From assembly GCA_027923505.1 (NCBI GenBank), contig BROI01000014.1, forward strand, positions 496,001-560,000: 64,000 nucleotides of DNA, in the 5' to 3' direction. The notes beneath the pieces are model-generated. The model ran no database searches and was not told the origin of the DNA. It was given only the letters and a program-made list of their open reading frames with translations. How positions within the stretch are numbered: the first letter of the stretch is position 1; every line of letters begins with the position of its first letter. Of this stretch, positions 1 to 9,244 are shown piece by piece. A program made the position numbers and the translations under genes. This stretch comes from Mayamaea pseudoterrestris (lineage: Eukaryota).

Positions 1-2147
1 ACGTCTCGATAGCGACTCATGATAGCCGGTGGAAGCTGCTCAACAATTGCTGGCTTCACCAGATGCGACGCGCGACGCGTCGTCTTTCCTTTTAACGAGC
101 CAACATCTGGTCCAAAGATGTGCTCAGCAGCCAGGATGTCGGCTTTCGTCACAGGACAGTTCGGCAACTGATTGCTAGTAACGATGCGCAGGTAATCCTT
201 GAGGCTTGGCCGTCCAATTTTGATTTGCAGTTCCCTAGCTCTAACAGCGCGTAAATAGTCATCATTGGTGTAGTTAGTACGGTTATCGTCTACCGTAGTC
301 AACATCGCCACTCCATCCTTGACATCACCGCGCTTGCCCTTCGAAAAGCTCTCGCAAACATACAGCCCAGAGTCAGTCTCGACAAACTCGCGCTGCTTAC
401 CGTCCGGCTTCTCCACGACAAACATTGGACGCTCCACGCCGTGCATGAGATACTCCACGGTAAACTTCTTGCGGACTTGCGCCAAACTCAAAATGTTCGC
501 CAGTCCCTGCGGATACCACCACACCGGACCATAGCCCTCCAGGTCGCCCATCATGTTCGTCCTTACTGTACCGGCGTTGCACTTGATCACCATCCACGTT
601 GGCACCGGGCGAATGTTCGTCAGCATCTTGGCGTTGCAGAACAGATCCACTGTCGACTGATTGTCCAAGAGCACAGCCTTCTTCGAGATGTTCACCTTCG
701 GCGGCTGCGCGAACATGTATCCGACCTCGTCGTCGTCATCGCTATCTTCCTCGCTACCCAGCGTGAAGTGCTGCGCCCCGCTAGCCTCTGCAGCCGGCGC
801 ACTCTCCGTAGACTCCGTTCTCGTAGGACAGTCTCGCTGCACATGACCAACCTGTTGGCAGGTCCAGCATCTAGGAGGGTCACGCGCTGTACCAGTCGTG
901 TGAAACGCCACGCCCTCGTTCGTTGGCAACGTGGCTTCTCCATCCGCATGCTCACGACGCTGCATGATGTTGTATGCATCGTGGATTGTCAACGGGAAGT
1001 TGTCGTGCCCGTCGAGGTAGCAGTTGCGCAAGTGCTTGCAATACCCAGCGTATTCGCCCGTTGCGCCACGCACGAAAAGCATCGCAAGCTCGAGCTCTTC
1101 GGCGGCCTTGATATCCTCCTTGTTCGCCTTGTTACGATTGTCATCCTTGGCAATGTTCAATGCCACGATCTCGTTGTGCATCGTGACGCCAACCGCCTTC
1201 GCCACGTCTGCCAGCGTGACCATGCTTTCGTAATATTTCTGCAGGCTTTCGCGCGCTCCTTGAGTACGTCCGAACAACTCAGCTTGAATGTCCACGACTT
1301 GATCCACAAGTTTGCAGCGCCCTTCGTACGTATGCGAGATCTCCTTGATAATCGCCAGCAACTTAATTCCGTCCGTGTCCTCCTCGGCGTCTCGGAACTT
1401 GGCGTGCGACTTGACACGATCCTTCATACGCTCCGTGCATTGTCCATACAACACGGCGTAGATACCAGCGAGGAAGTCGGAGTACACACGCACGCGCTCG
1501 ACATGCTCTTTCTTGTCGGCCTTGTATTCCTCGAGCATTATGGACCAGTCCGAGTCCGTCGTGTCGGCATCCTTCGTTGGACGCGCAGGCTCGTCAGGAA
1601 TCTCCAGTTCCACGTTGCGCATGCCCTTGAGCAGCTCCTTGGTATATTTCTTGTAGGAGCGCCCGACGAAAGTGATGATCTCGTTCGTCGTGCGGATGAA
1701 TCCATCGGGATCGCGCGAACCGTTGTAGTCGTAGATGAATCCAGCGAGCGTCGGCTCGCTTCCTTGGAAATTTCCACTCGGCGCACGACTCGGTCCGTTG
1801 AGTCTGCTACCATTGCCTTGATTCCCGGAACGATTCCCAGCACGATTCCCACGACGATAATGACGGTTGCGTCGGTTTCCTTCGCTTGCTGGCGGAGCGG
1901 GAGGCGCACCTCCACCGCTCGACGCCGCGCTGTGCAGTCGCGAGAAAATGTTGAATCTAGAATATATCTTGCGCGCCCTTGAAGCGACACTAATGATTAA
2001 GCAGAACAGAGTCAATAAAACCACTTTACTTATTTTCTCCAAGAAGTGATCGTCCTCGATCCACTCCTTCGGTTGCCGCTTACCGCGCTTACTTAAACGT
2101 GACCGTCTTCGTGACGTCACCGCTGTCGCTTCGGTTTGGGTTCTCAT
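1..2147 (-). CDS. Gag-Pol polyprotein, partial (open to the window start)
   Basis: No stop was found in the segments translated by hand, and the ORF track lists no closed ORF in this frame, consistent with a frame open from ATG 2147 to base 1. The true start is uncertain (see findings). Confidence 0.9.
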   Translation of the reverse strand, partial: MRTQTEATAVTSRRRSRLSKRGKRQPKEWIEDDHFLEKISKVVLLTLFCLIISVASRARKIYSRFNIFSRLHSAASSGGGAPPAPPASEGNRRNRHYRRGNRAGNRSGNQGNGSRLNGPSRAPSGNFQGSEPTLAGFIYDYNGSRDPDGFIRTTNEIITFVGRSYKKYTKELLKGMRNVELEIPDEPARPTKDADTTDSDWSIMLEEYKADKKEHVERVRVYSDFLAGIYAVLYGQCTERMKDRVKSHAKFRDAEEDTDGIKLLAIIKEISHTYEGRCKLVDQVVDIQAELFGRTQGARESLQKYYESMVTLADVAKAVGVTMHNEIVALNIAKDDNRNKANKEDIKAAEELELAMLFVRGATGEYAGYCKHLRNCYLDGHDNFPLTIHDAYNIMQRREHADGEATLPTNEGVAFHTTGTARDPPRCWTCQQVGHVQRDCPTRTESTESAPAAEASGAQHFTLGSEEDSDDDDEVGYMFAQPPKVNISKKAVLLDNQSTVDLFCNAKMLTNIRPVPTWMVIKCNAGTVRTNMMGDLEGYGPVWWYPQGLANILSLAQVRKKFTVEYLMHGVERPMFVVEKPDGKQREFVETDSGLYVCESFSKGKRGDVKDGVAMLTTVDDNRTNYTNDDYLRAVRARELQIKIGRPSLKDYLRIVTSNQLPNCPVTKADILAAEHIFGPDVGSLKGKTTRRASHLVKPAIVEQLPPAIMSRYRD

Positions 2148-2159
2148 CCATGCTCAACA
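1949..2159 (-). repeat. 5' LTR (211 bp)
   Basis: On the minus strand it begins TGTTGA (2159-2154) and ends TCAACA (1954-1949), giving canonical TG...CA ends with a 6-bp inverted repeat immediately upstream of gag. The partner LTR is outside the window. Confidence 0.8.
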
Positions 2160-2287
2160 CTGGTCTCTTTTGTCTCTTTCACCATGAGGAGAATCTCAAA
2201 AGTGTGTGTGCCGTTCCAATTAATTTACATGATCCCAACAAACATTGCAATTAGTTGAGCGCAGAAATAGACGCGAAGCTTGCAAAG

Positions 2288-4015
2288 ATGTCGAGATTGT
2301 GGACCAGTTATCAACCGCTGTTCGCCAGCATGTCGAGCACAAGATATCATCATCAAGCATCTCGCAGATTCTACCTTGCAGGCCGACGAACGCTTCACCC
2401 AGACACTCATCAGCCTCGGAGCGTCTCATATAACACTTACTTGCAGCGAGACGCTTCCTTCACATACTCCAACATTGCTAGTTCCTGCCGCACCGACCAC
2501 TGCACAATCCAATCCACTCGGAAAATGATTTGTTCGTCGGCATTTGCACCGAGTAGAATATGTCTTCTTCACATGAAATGGATGACTACTGCTACTGTGC
2601 CTAACAATAATGACAACAAATTAAAAGAAAAAACAACTGACCATGCCGTCGCTTCCGTTGGCACTAAAGTTAACGCGACTGGGAGCAACGACAATGACGA
2701 AACATTTTCGCATCCTCTTGATGCGCCGTCACAGCCTCCTTCCGTCACACGGTTTGACATGAAAGAGAATCTTCACATGGAACGAAACTGGATACTGCAA
2801 AAGGATATGCAGCTATATCAAGACATTATTCGCACACGCACTCGCCTCAAGGAGGCGAATCGCCAAAAAATGGCAACCAACGTTCATCGCGCACTGATTG
2901 GAAACGTTGCCATTTGCGGCGCCAAACTGGCGGCGTGGGCCTCCAGTGGTTCATCCGCGCTACTCGCCGAGTTTGTGCATTCGCTGGTGGACTGTGGCAA
3001 CCAGGCGCTGCTGATTGTGGGACTGCGCGAGTCGCAACTGAGCGCGGACCGCAGACATCCATATGGATACGGCAAGTCCATTTACTTTTGGGCACTCGTG
3101 TCGGCGCTTGGTACCTTTTTCCTGGGGGCTGGTGTCTCCATGACGCATGCCATTGGATCACTGTTGGAGCCATCGCTGACGGTGATTACACCGGAGGTGT
3201 GGGGTGTACTACTGTTTAGCCTTTCGGTCGATGGCTACGTTTTGGTCAAGACGGTGGCGGAGACGCGCGAGGGACAACCTGCGGGCGTGTCGTACTGGAA
3301 ACATATTCAGAATATTCGAGATCCCGCCACTATGGCAGTGCTGTTAGAGGATGGAGCGGCTTGCCTTGGTGTCGTCATGGCGTTGGGCGGCATCATGGCA
3401 TCGCATGTCACTGGAAACCCAATCTATGACGGAGTGGCCGGTGTTGGTATTAGTACGCTATTGGGCGTCATGGGTATTGCTCTAACCAGGTTAAACTACC
3501 GATTTCTGTTGGGACAAAGTGTGGACAAGGAAATAACGGACGATATTCAACAAATTTTGCTGCAGCGCAAAAGCATTGACCGCGTCAAATCCGTTCAGAG
3601 TCAATGGACAGGAACTGATACGTTCTCATTCAAAGCGGAAATTGATTTTGACGGCACGTATCTGGCCGCCATGTTAATGCCAATCTACCAGCGCGAGTTT
3701 TTGGAGATACGAGATACAATGGACACGGAGCTGCGCGTACTGTTGGCCCTGTATGCAGAAGACGTTTTGAGAGCTACCGAACGCGAGGTCAGGCATGTTG
3801 AGGCATTGATCCGGCTCAAGCATCCAGGTGCTGAGTTTATTGAGCTGGAGCCAATGAGCTTGGATGTCGATCGACTTGCGATTGACGATAATCTCGAGTC
3901 GGATTTAAAACGTGTGGAGAGAGAAAGCTTGGATCGTTACTTGAAATCTTTGAAGAAGGATGCTAGCGATCTAGAGAGACATAGCAATGGAGAAGCGAAC
4001 AAGCCCACCAATTAA
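2288..4015 (+). CDS. Cation diffusion facilitator, ZnT9/MTP7-like metal transporter, probably mitochondrial
   Basis: Motifs AEFVHSLVDCGNQALL, D.RHPYGYGK and VLLEDGAAC, several TM helices, and an Arg/Ser-rich N-terminus from the first ATG (2288). Confidence 0.88.
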   Translation: MSRLWTSYQPLFASMSSTRYHHQASRRFYLAGRRTLHPDTHQPRSVSYNTYLQRDASFTYSNIASSCRTDHCTIQSTRKMICSSAFAPSRICLLHMKWMTTATVPNNNDNKLKEKTTDHAVASVGTKVNATGSNDNDETFSHPLDAPSQPPSVTRFDMKENLHMERNWILQKDMQLYQDIIRTRTRLKEANRQKMATNVHRALIGNVAICGAKLAAWASSGSSALLAEFVHSLVDCGNQALLIVGLRESQLSADRRHPYGYGKSIYFWALVSALGTFFLGAGVSMTHAIGSLLEPSLTVITPEVWGVLLFSLSVDGYVLVKTVAETREGQPAGVSYWKHIQNIRDPATMAVLLEDGAACLGVVMALGGIMASHVTGNPIYDGVAGVGISTLLGVMGIALTRLNYRFLLGQSVDKEITDDIQQILLQRKSIDRVKSVQSQWTGTDTFSFKAEIDFDGTYLAAMLMPIYQREFLEIRDTMDTELRVLLALYAEDVLRATEREVRHVEALIRLKHPGAEFIELEPMSLDVDRLAIDDNLESDLKRVERESLDRYLKSLKKDASDLERHSNGEANKPTN

Positions 4016-4109
4016 TAATGTGCCAATGTTACTGAAAAGGTTTAAAGATATGAAATAGTTTGATGCTCATACCAACCACTAAGGTGTCTTAAATATATGT
4101 TGCAATTGA

Positions 4110-5093
4110 TTATTTAGGAACGCCATTGACCACATTGAAGAAGTCAGCAGTCAAAGAGGCGCCTCCGATTAATCCACCATCAATGTCCGGCTTCAAAGAG
4201 CAAGGAATTATAGGTTGTCAGTAAGCTTCAAATCAAAACAGAGCCATCGAAAGTGTAGACCCATGTAAGAAAACTTACCTGCTTTAACAGTTCCGCTGCA
4301 TTGGCGCCCTTCATGCTTCCACCATATTGAATTCGAACCTGACTTGCGACTTCAGCGCTTACCTTGTCAGAGACATACTTCCGGATATCTGCGTGCGTTT
4401 CTTGGGCCATGTCAGGAGTTGCAGTCAATCCGGTGCCTGGAGTAAACATAGTTTGATTGTAAGTAATAGCCGCCTACTATCTTCCATCATGTCTGGGGTT
4501 CACTCACCAATCGCCCACACTGGTTCGTACGCAATCGCAACATTCTGCCATTCTGCTTCCGTAATTTTCTTGACCAACGGTTCGAGCTGCTTGGCGCAAA
4601 CATCCATGGTTACACCGGCCTCGCGCTCCTCTTTCTTTTCACCAATGCAGAACATAACCTTGAGCCCAGCATCGAGAGCAACCTTGGTCTTGTCGGCACA
4701 CAACTCTTCTGGTTCTCCTGCCATACCAAAGCCTTCGCGACGCTCCGAATGTCCGATAATAACCCATGTGCAGCCAATATCATTCAGCTGGAACGCTCCT
4801 ATCTCACCAGTATAAGCTCCTTTGCCCGCGTTACTTCCACAGTCTTGTCCGCCGACTTGAATGTCATCGCGTAATCCACTCAAGAGCTGTGCCAAGTAAA
4901 GAGCGGGAGGGCAGCACACTACTTCACAGTTGGAAGGAATAGGACCCGCTTCGTTCAAAACCTTGATCAACTCTTCATTCTCGGCGATCGTTCCATTACA
5001 TTTCCAATTTCCAGCTATCAAGTATTTGCGGTCTCCTTCGGCTGCTGGAGCGCTGCTTCCAGCGGGGCGAGCTTGACTGAGCGTTTTAAACAT
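4110..5093 (-). CDS. TPI: Triosephosphate isomerase (3 coding exons: 5093-4508, 4436-4279, 4190-4110)
   Basis: Motifs [29 protein letters not shown] and [16 protein letters not shown] introns at 4437-4507 and 4191-4278 restore the frame. Start at ATG 5093 is favoured; 5246 is an alternative. Confidence 0.95.
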
Positions 5094-5386
5094 GCTAAAA
5101 TTGAAGTGAGAAATGGCTCCTGAGTAATGTTTCGCTAGCAGCATTTGAGCATCTCCCAATTGACTACTGACTGCCGACTTGACAGAACTACCGCTAGCAA
5201 CGAATCGATGGACAGAGGGAAAGCATTCGAATTTTCTGCTTGCCATCAAAATCACTCACTGTTTTCGCTCCAATGCTAGAAAATCAATCCACTTACTTTA
5301 AAAAGGCAACGATATTACTGTGGATGTGATGATATCATGCATCAAACGCCAATGAATGGAGCAGGTGGCCATTAACCGTCGAAACG

Positions 5387-5442
5387 CGCGAAAGATCTTT
5401 CGCGTCGCGCGTTGAAGAAAACGGACCGCGTCACATGACGCG
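5387..5442. promoter_or_regulatory. Palindromic elements in the TPI / sulfotransferase divergent promoter
   Basis: A perfect 18-bp palindrome CGCGAAAGATCTTTCGCG (5387-5404) and a near-palindrome CGCGTCACATGACGCG (5427-5442). Function is inferred only. Confidence 0.35.
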
Positions 5443-5611
5443 CCCCACGATCATCGCACTGGTACTGAAACCGTTTTTGTGGCAGCGCCGGGCGGCCAAC
5501 TGACTCATCTTTCGCACCTCATTCATCTCCCTTGCTTGATCATCTTAAGCTCTTGAAAACAGCTCTATTGCATGACATGGCACTACAGTAATCTGCAGTT
5601 ATCTAGTTTCA

Positions 5612-6880
5612 ATGACTGGTCGCTGGAACGTTGCGCTTATCGCCCTCGCAACCATTGGTGCCGTCCATATTGCACGTGACGGATTCGCCATACGACGAGC
5701 CCTTAATGGGGTCGATGCTACCAAGCAGCAACGATGGAACGTACCACAGGCGATTGGCAATCCTGAAGATGATTTACTATTAGCCGGTGATGGTAGTATA
5801 TTCTCGGAGAATTATTCACTGAATAGATCATCCTCGGTCGGCGAGCTTGTCGAACAATCCATGTCACATGAGGATGACGAGCTGCTCGCTTCGCTGGGAA
5901 TAACAATCGGACCCTTTCCTTCGTGGAACAAGTCAATCCCATGTTTTCCTCTTGAACCAGATTGGAATACAGGGATGACACAAAGGAAGCCAACAAAAAC
6001 TGGCATCTTGTTCGTCAAACCGCCAAAAACTGGATCAACGACGGCTGCATCCGTGACTCTTCGCATTGCTTCCAAAGTGGCAGCACGACACAAGGACATG
6101 ACAATCTGCAAGAATCGTGTGCAGCACTCTCAGGCATACAAGATGGGATATGACCGTCGCGACTTTCGCAACAGCATCCTTTGGACTATAGTTCGAGAGC
6201 CAACATCAAGAGTTGTATCGCAGTATTTTCACTTTCATGTATCGCGTCGCAACAAACCGCCGACTGACAAGGTGTTTATTGACTTTGTCAAAAAGCGAAT
6301 CGGCTTATTGACATCCTTTCAGCTCAACTATCTGGCATTTCAAAAGGAATACAACAATCCTGCTCAAATGATTGAGCAGATTTTCCAGCAATACAATCTC
6401 GTTGGTGTCATGGAACGTTTCGATGAAAGCGTCGTCGTTTTGCAGATGCTACTTGGCCTCGATGCGACCGATGTCATGTACTTGAGCGCCAAAAGTAGTG
6501 GAGGGTACGATGATGGAAGGGTGAAAAAGAAGTGCACTCTCATACAAAGAAGCGTAGTTAGTACTGGCATGAAGGAATATTTCGAAACCGATGAATGGAA
6601 AGCAATCATCTACTGGGATGCGATCTTGCACAAGGCTGCTAATCGCGCCTTGGATATGCGAATTGACCAGCTTGGGAGAGTCGAGTTTGAACGAAATCTA
6701 GCAAAGTTCAAAGCACTACGGGAGCAAGTCGATCTGACGTGCGGAGCCAACGTTAAGCTACCATGCACATCAAGTGGCATAAAACTTGCTGCAGAAAAGA
6801 CAGATTGTATCTACGATGATATGGGGTGCGGTTTTGAATGCATGGACTTGGTCGATCAAAGGCTCGCCAGTGCTTCCTGA
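5612..6880 (+). CDS. Golgi type II membrane sulfotransferase (Gal-3-O-sulfotransferase-like)
   Basis: N-terminal anchor, 5'-PSB loop FVKPPKTGSTT, 3'-PB motif VREPTSRVVSQYF, and GVMERFDESVVVL. Confidence 0.88.
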   Translation: MTGRWNVALIALATIGAVHIARDGFAIRRALNGVDATKQQRWNVPQAIGNPEDDLLLAGDGSIFSENYSLNRSSSVGELVEQSMSHEDDELLASLGITIGPFPSWNKSIPCFPLEPDWNTGMTQRKPTKTGILFVKPPKTGSTTAASVTLRIASKVAARHKDMTICKNRVQHSQAYKMGYDRRDFRNSILWTIVREPTSRVVSQYFHFHVSRRNKPPTDKVFIDFVKKRIGLLTSFQLNYLAFQKEYNNPAQMIEQIFQQYNLVGVMERFDESVVVLQMLLGLDATDVMYLSAKSSGGYDDGRVKKKCTLIQRSVVSTGMKEYFETDEWKAIIYWDAILHKAANRALDMRIDQLGRVEFERNLAKFKALREQVDLTCGANVKLPCTSSGIKLAAEKTDCIYDDMGCGFECMDLVDQRLASAS

Positions 6881-7070
6881 ACCAATCAGTACCATTTCAT
6901 GCAGACAAGAGCAAAGCTTGTCGACATAACGAGGCCCGCGGCCGCAGCGACCGGCAGAGCCACACCAAATCTATAACCAGGCAACCGCTTGATGGTGAAG
7001 CCAAAACCAAGTTGTCTCTCTTGCGCAAGCTGGCGAGCGACTTAAAAAACAGGATGACTCAAACTTACTC

Positions 7071-8816
7071 TCATGGACACTCCTCATTCGGCTCGCCAAT
7101 AGGATACATCCATGGTAGCCACCCTTGTTTCGCCATGACTGGTTCGCATTTCCCATCTTTGTTCGGATCGTACCACTGCGTACCTTCGCACCAACCAATG
7201 GATCCCGAATTAAGACTTCCAAAATACCTGATCAAGCTATTAATAGCCTCGGTCCGCATGTCGGCCCAGCGTTGTTTGGCATGCGTCATTCCAGAGCCAG
7301 CATCCCACTTGATGCCAAACATGAGGCGACGATGAGCTTGTTGCTCATTGCGGGTAAAAGAGTCGATAGATTGTTCTATATCATGGTCAATGTCTTCGGC
7401 CTGCTCGACCCTGGAGTAATCGAACAACAAGTCTCTGTGTCTCTGGACAGCATCGGCAGTGCCATTCGAAGTGTCATCAGGTACTACATCATACGTTCTC
7501 TCGGGATCCAAATTAAGTCTTCGGCTGTATACACGAGGCGCCCTTCCCGCCAATTGCGACACAATCATGCTCACAGTAACGTCGTCGGGATGAACCGGGT
7601 GCGCTCTCACAAACTCACGAATTGGCTCCAACACTGGATGCCATAGAAAGCACAAGTAGTTAACGTGCAGAAATGATCCACTCGGCAGTACCATATTCGC
7701 GTCATAGTTTGCAAAGTAGCGAAAGTTGTAATCGACTTGATCATTCATATTGTCGCAGTGACTGACAAAGAGTCGATCGTTGGGATTGGGTGAAAGCCGC
7801 TCACGCTCCGCCTGCTGTCGCTTGCCGTAGCTAATCTGTCGGGCCATGGCTCCAATTTGGGCCGACGAGTGTCGCTTCCATAGTTCAAACCCAGCTTGGA
7901 CAGCCTTGAAACTGTAAAAGGGACCGTCGTCGTCATAGTACAAGATTGCCTTGGTGGTAACATTGACAACATCGGGATGATAGCGATTCATGAGATCATT
8001 GGTAAACCCCATTTTAAGCGGGTAGGATATTCGCAGCGAATTGTTCTTGGCAAACTCCAACATTTCCACGCCCACGTGTGACTCGTCAATGTGTCGCGGG
8101 CCGTTCCAAACTAAGACAACTTCCTCCACAATGGTTTGCCAATCTTCATCTTGCAGCATTTTTCGAATCTGTGTAAAGCAACTTCGTAGCCGATCAGGAT
8201 TATAGGCCATGAACACGACTGTAAAGGCTTCCTCGTTGCACTCCTTCCATTTTGGAACGGAACATTGCCACTTTTCCGCATTTTGGTAAAAAAGCGACCT
8301 TTCCACAAGACTAGACGACGGACCTTGCTGCTTGTATTTTTGAATGTCATCCAATATGCCAAAGGTTGGCAAGCTCGGCAGCGACTCATTCTGCGACACT
8401 GGCATGCTGATTCCCTTGTCAAAGATGGAAAAGTTGGCGTCCATGTTGCGACACATTTCCGCCATTTCCTGCGCCCTGTATAAAACATTGTCGAAGGCAA
8501 GTGGTAGTCGCCACGGATGCGACATTGGTAAAGGCATCGAAGACGACAGCAGCGAGCTTAATGGATTCAACGGCGTCATATCTCTTGACAAATGCGTTGT
8601 TTCAACAATGTGTCGGTACTTTTTGAACATGAACGTTAGCCAAAGACTCGTCATGACAATGAGTGACGCTGGTAGCAAGTATTTGCCAATGGTTGCAACC
8701 TTTGGTTTCGGTTTTTGTCGGCCATATAGCATACCAAGCTGTCCTCCAAATAGCTGATCGTTACTGCGAGTTCGTACAGGTACTTGACGATTTCGTGGAG
8801 CTGCATTTGTCTTCAT
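7071..8816 (-). CDS. Glycosyltransferase family 64 (EXTL2-like), type II membrane protein
   Basis: TM anchor LLPASLIVMTSLWLTF, motifs FTVVFMAY, EVVLVWN and NDLMNRY, DxD motif YYDDD, and PDDVTVS. The first ATG is at 8816. Confidence 0.85.
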   Translation of the reverse strand: MKTNAAPRNRQVPVRTRSNDQLFGGQLGMLYGRQKPKPKVATIGKYLLPASLIVMTSLWLTFMFKKYRHIVETTHLSRDMTPLNPLSSLLSSSMPLPMSHPWRLPLAFDNVLYRAQEMAEMCRNMDANFSIFDKGISMPVSQNESLPSLPTFGILDDIQKYKQQGPSSSLVERSLFYQNAEKWQCSVPKWKECNEEAFTVVFMAYNPDRLRSCFTQIRKMLQDEDWQTIVEEVVLVWNGPRHIDESHVGVEMLEFAKNNSLRISYPLKMGFTNDLMNRYHPDVVNVTTKAILYYDDDGPFYSFKAVQAGFELWKRHSSAQIGAMARQISYGKRQQAERERLSPNPNDRLFVSHCDNMNDQVDYNFRYFANYDANMVLPSGSFLHVNYLCFLWHPVLEPIREFVRAHPVHPDDVTVSMIVSQLAGRAPRVYSRRLNLDPERTYDVVPDDTSNGTADAVQRHRDLLFDYSRVEQAEDIDHDIEQSIDSFTRNEQQAHRRLMFGIKWDAGSGMTHAKQRWADMRTEAINSLIRYFGSLNSGSIGWCEGTQWYDPNKDGKCEPVMAKQGWLPWMYPIGEPNEECP

Positions 8817-9244
8817 AATGTTGTTGATGATTGCTGTCCGATTCTGTGTTCTGTGGCGTCGTCGTCTGCTACTTTTGTAACGACAGAGCAACGGGCGAAA
8901 GGTTAAAGCCGCGCTCTTGTAAAAATTCAAAGTTTAAGACTACTGTTTATCAACGGAAAGACTTTCCCAAAAGGTTCGATTGCTCTTGCAGCGAGTTGAT
9001 GGCTTACTTTCGGTTCGTGCAGAGTGCAGACAAATTGATCGATCCATCAACGCATCATCCATGGTGGCGCGCCCACGCGGTCATGTGACCAGCGTCGCTA
9101 CGGTACTCCATGTCGACGCATCGGCACTCACATTGGCAATGACGACGAGCAGAGCAGAACCGTCGATCATCATCACAACTTCCTTCTTGTTCTTGACTAC
9201 CGGTACCATCAAAGCAGAAGCAGACTTTGTCGAATCTTTAGATC

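Larger units (their letters stand above)
1..2159 (-). mobile_element. Ty1/copia LTR retrotransposon, CoDi-like; 5' part only (LTR, gag, protease, start of integrase region), truncated by the window edge
   Basis: The minus frame translates to a Gag N-terminal motif (GFIYDYNGSRDPDGFIRTTNEI), a zinc knuckle CWTCQQVGHVQRDC (828-869), an aspartic protease LLDNQSTVDLFCN (~630-675) and a pre-integrase segment ARELQIKIGRPS...NCPVT...AEHIFGPDVGSLKGKTTR (~95-240). The order protease then integrase is copia-type. Confidence 0.95.

Noticed and set aside
441..1982. 513-aa plus-strand ORF
   Set aside because: It is the exact in-register antisense shadow of the gag-pol frame and has no protein-like features.
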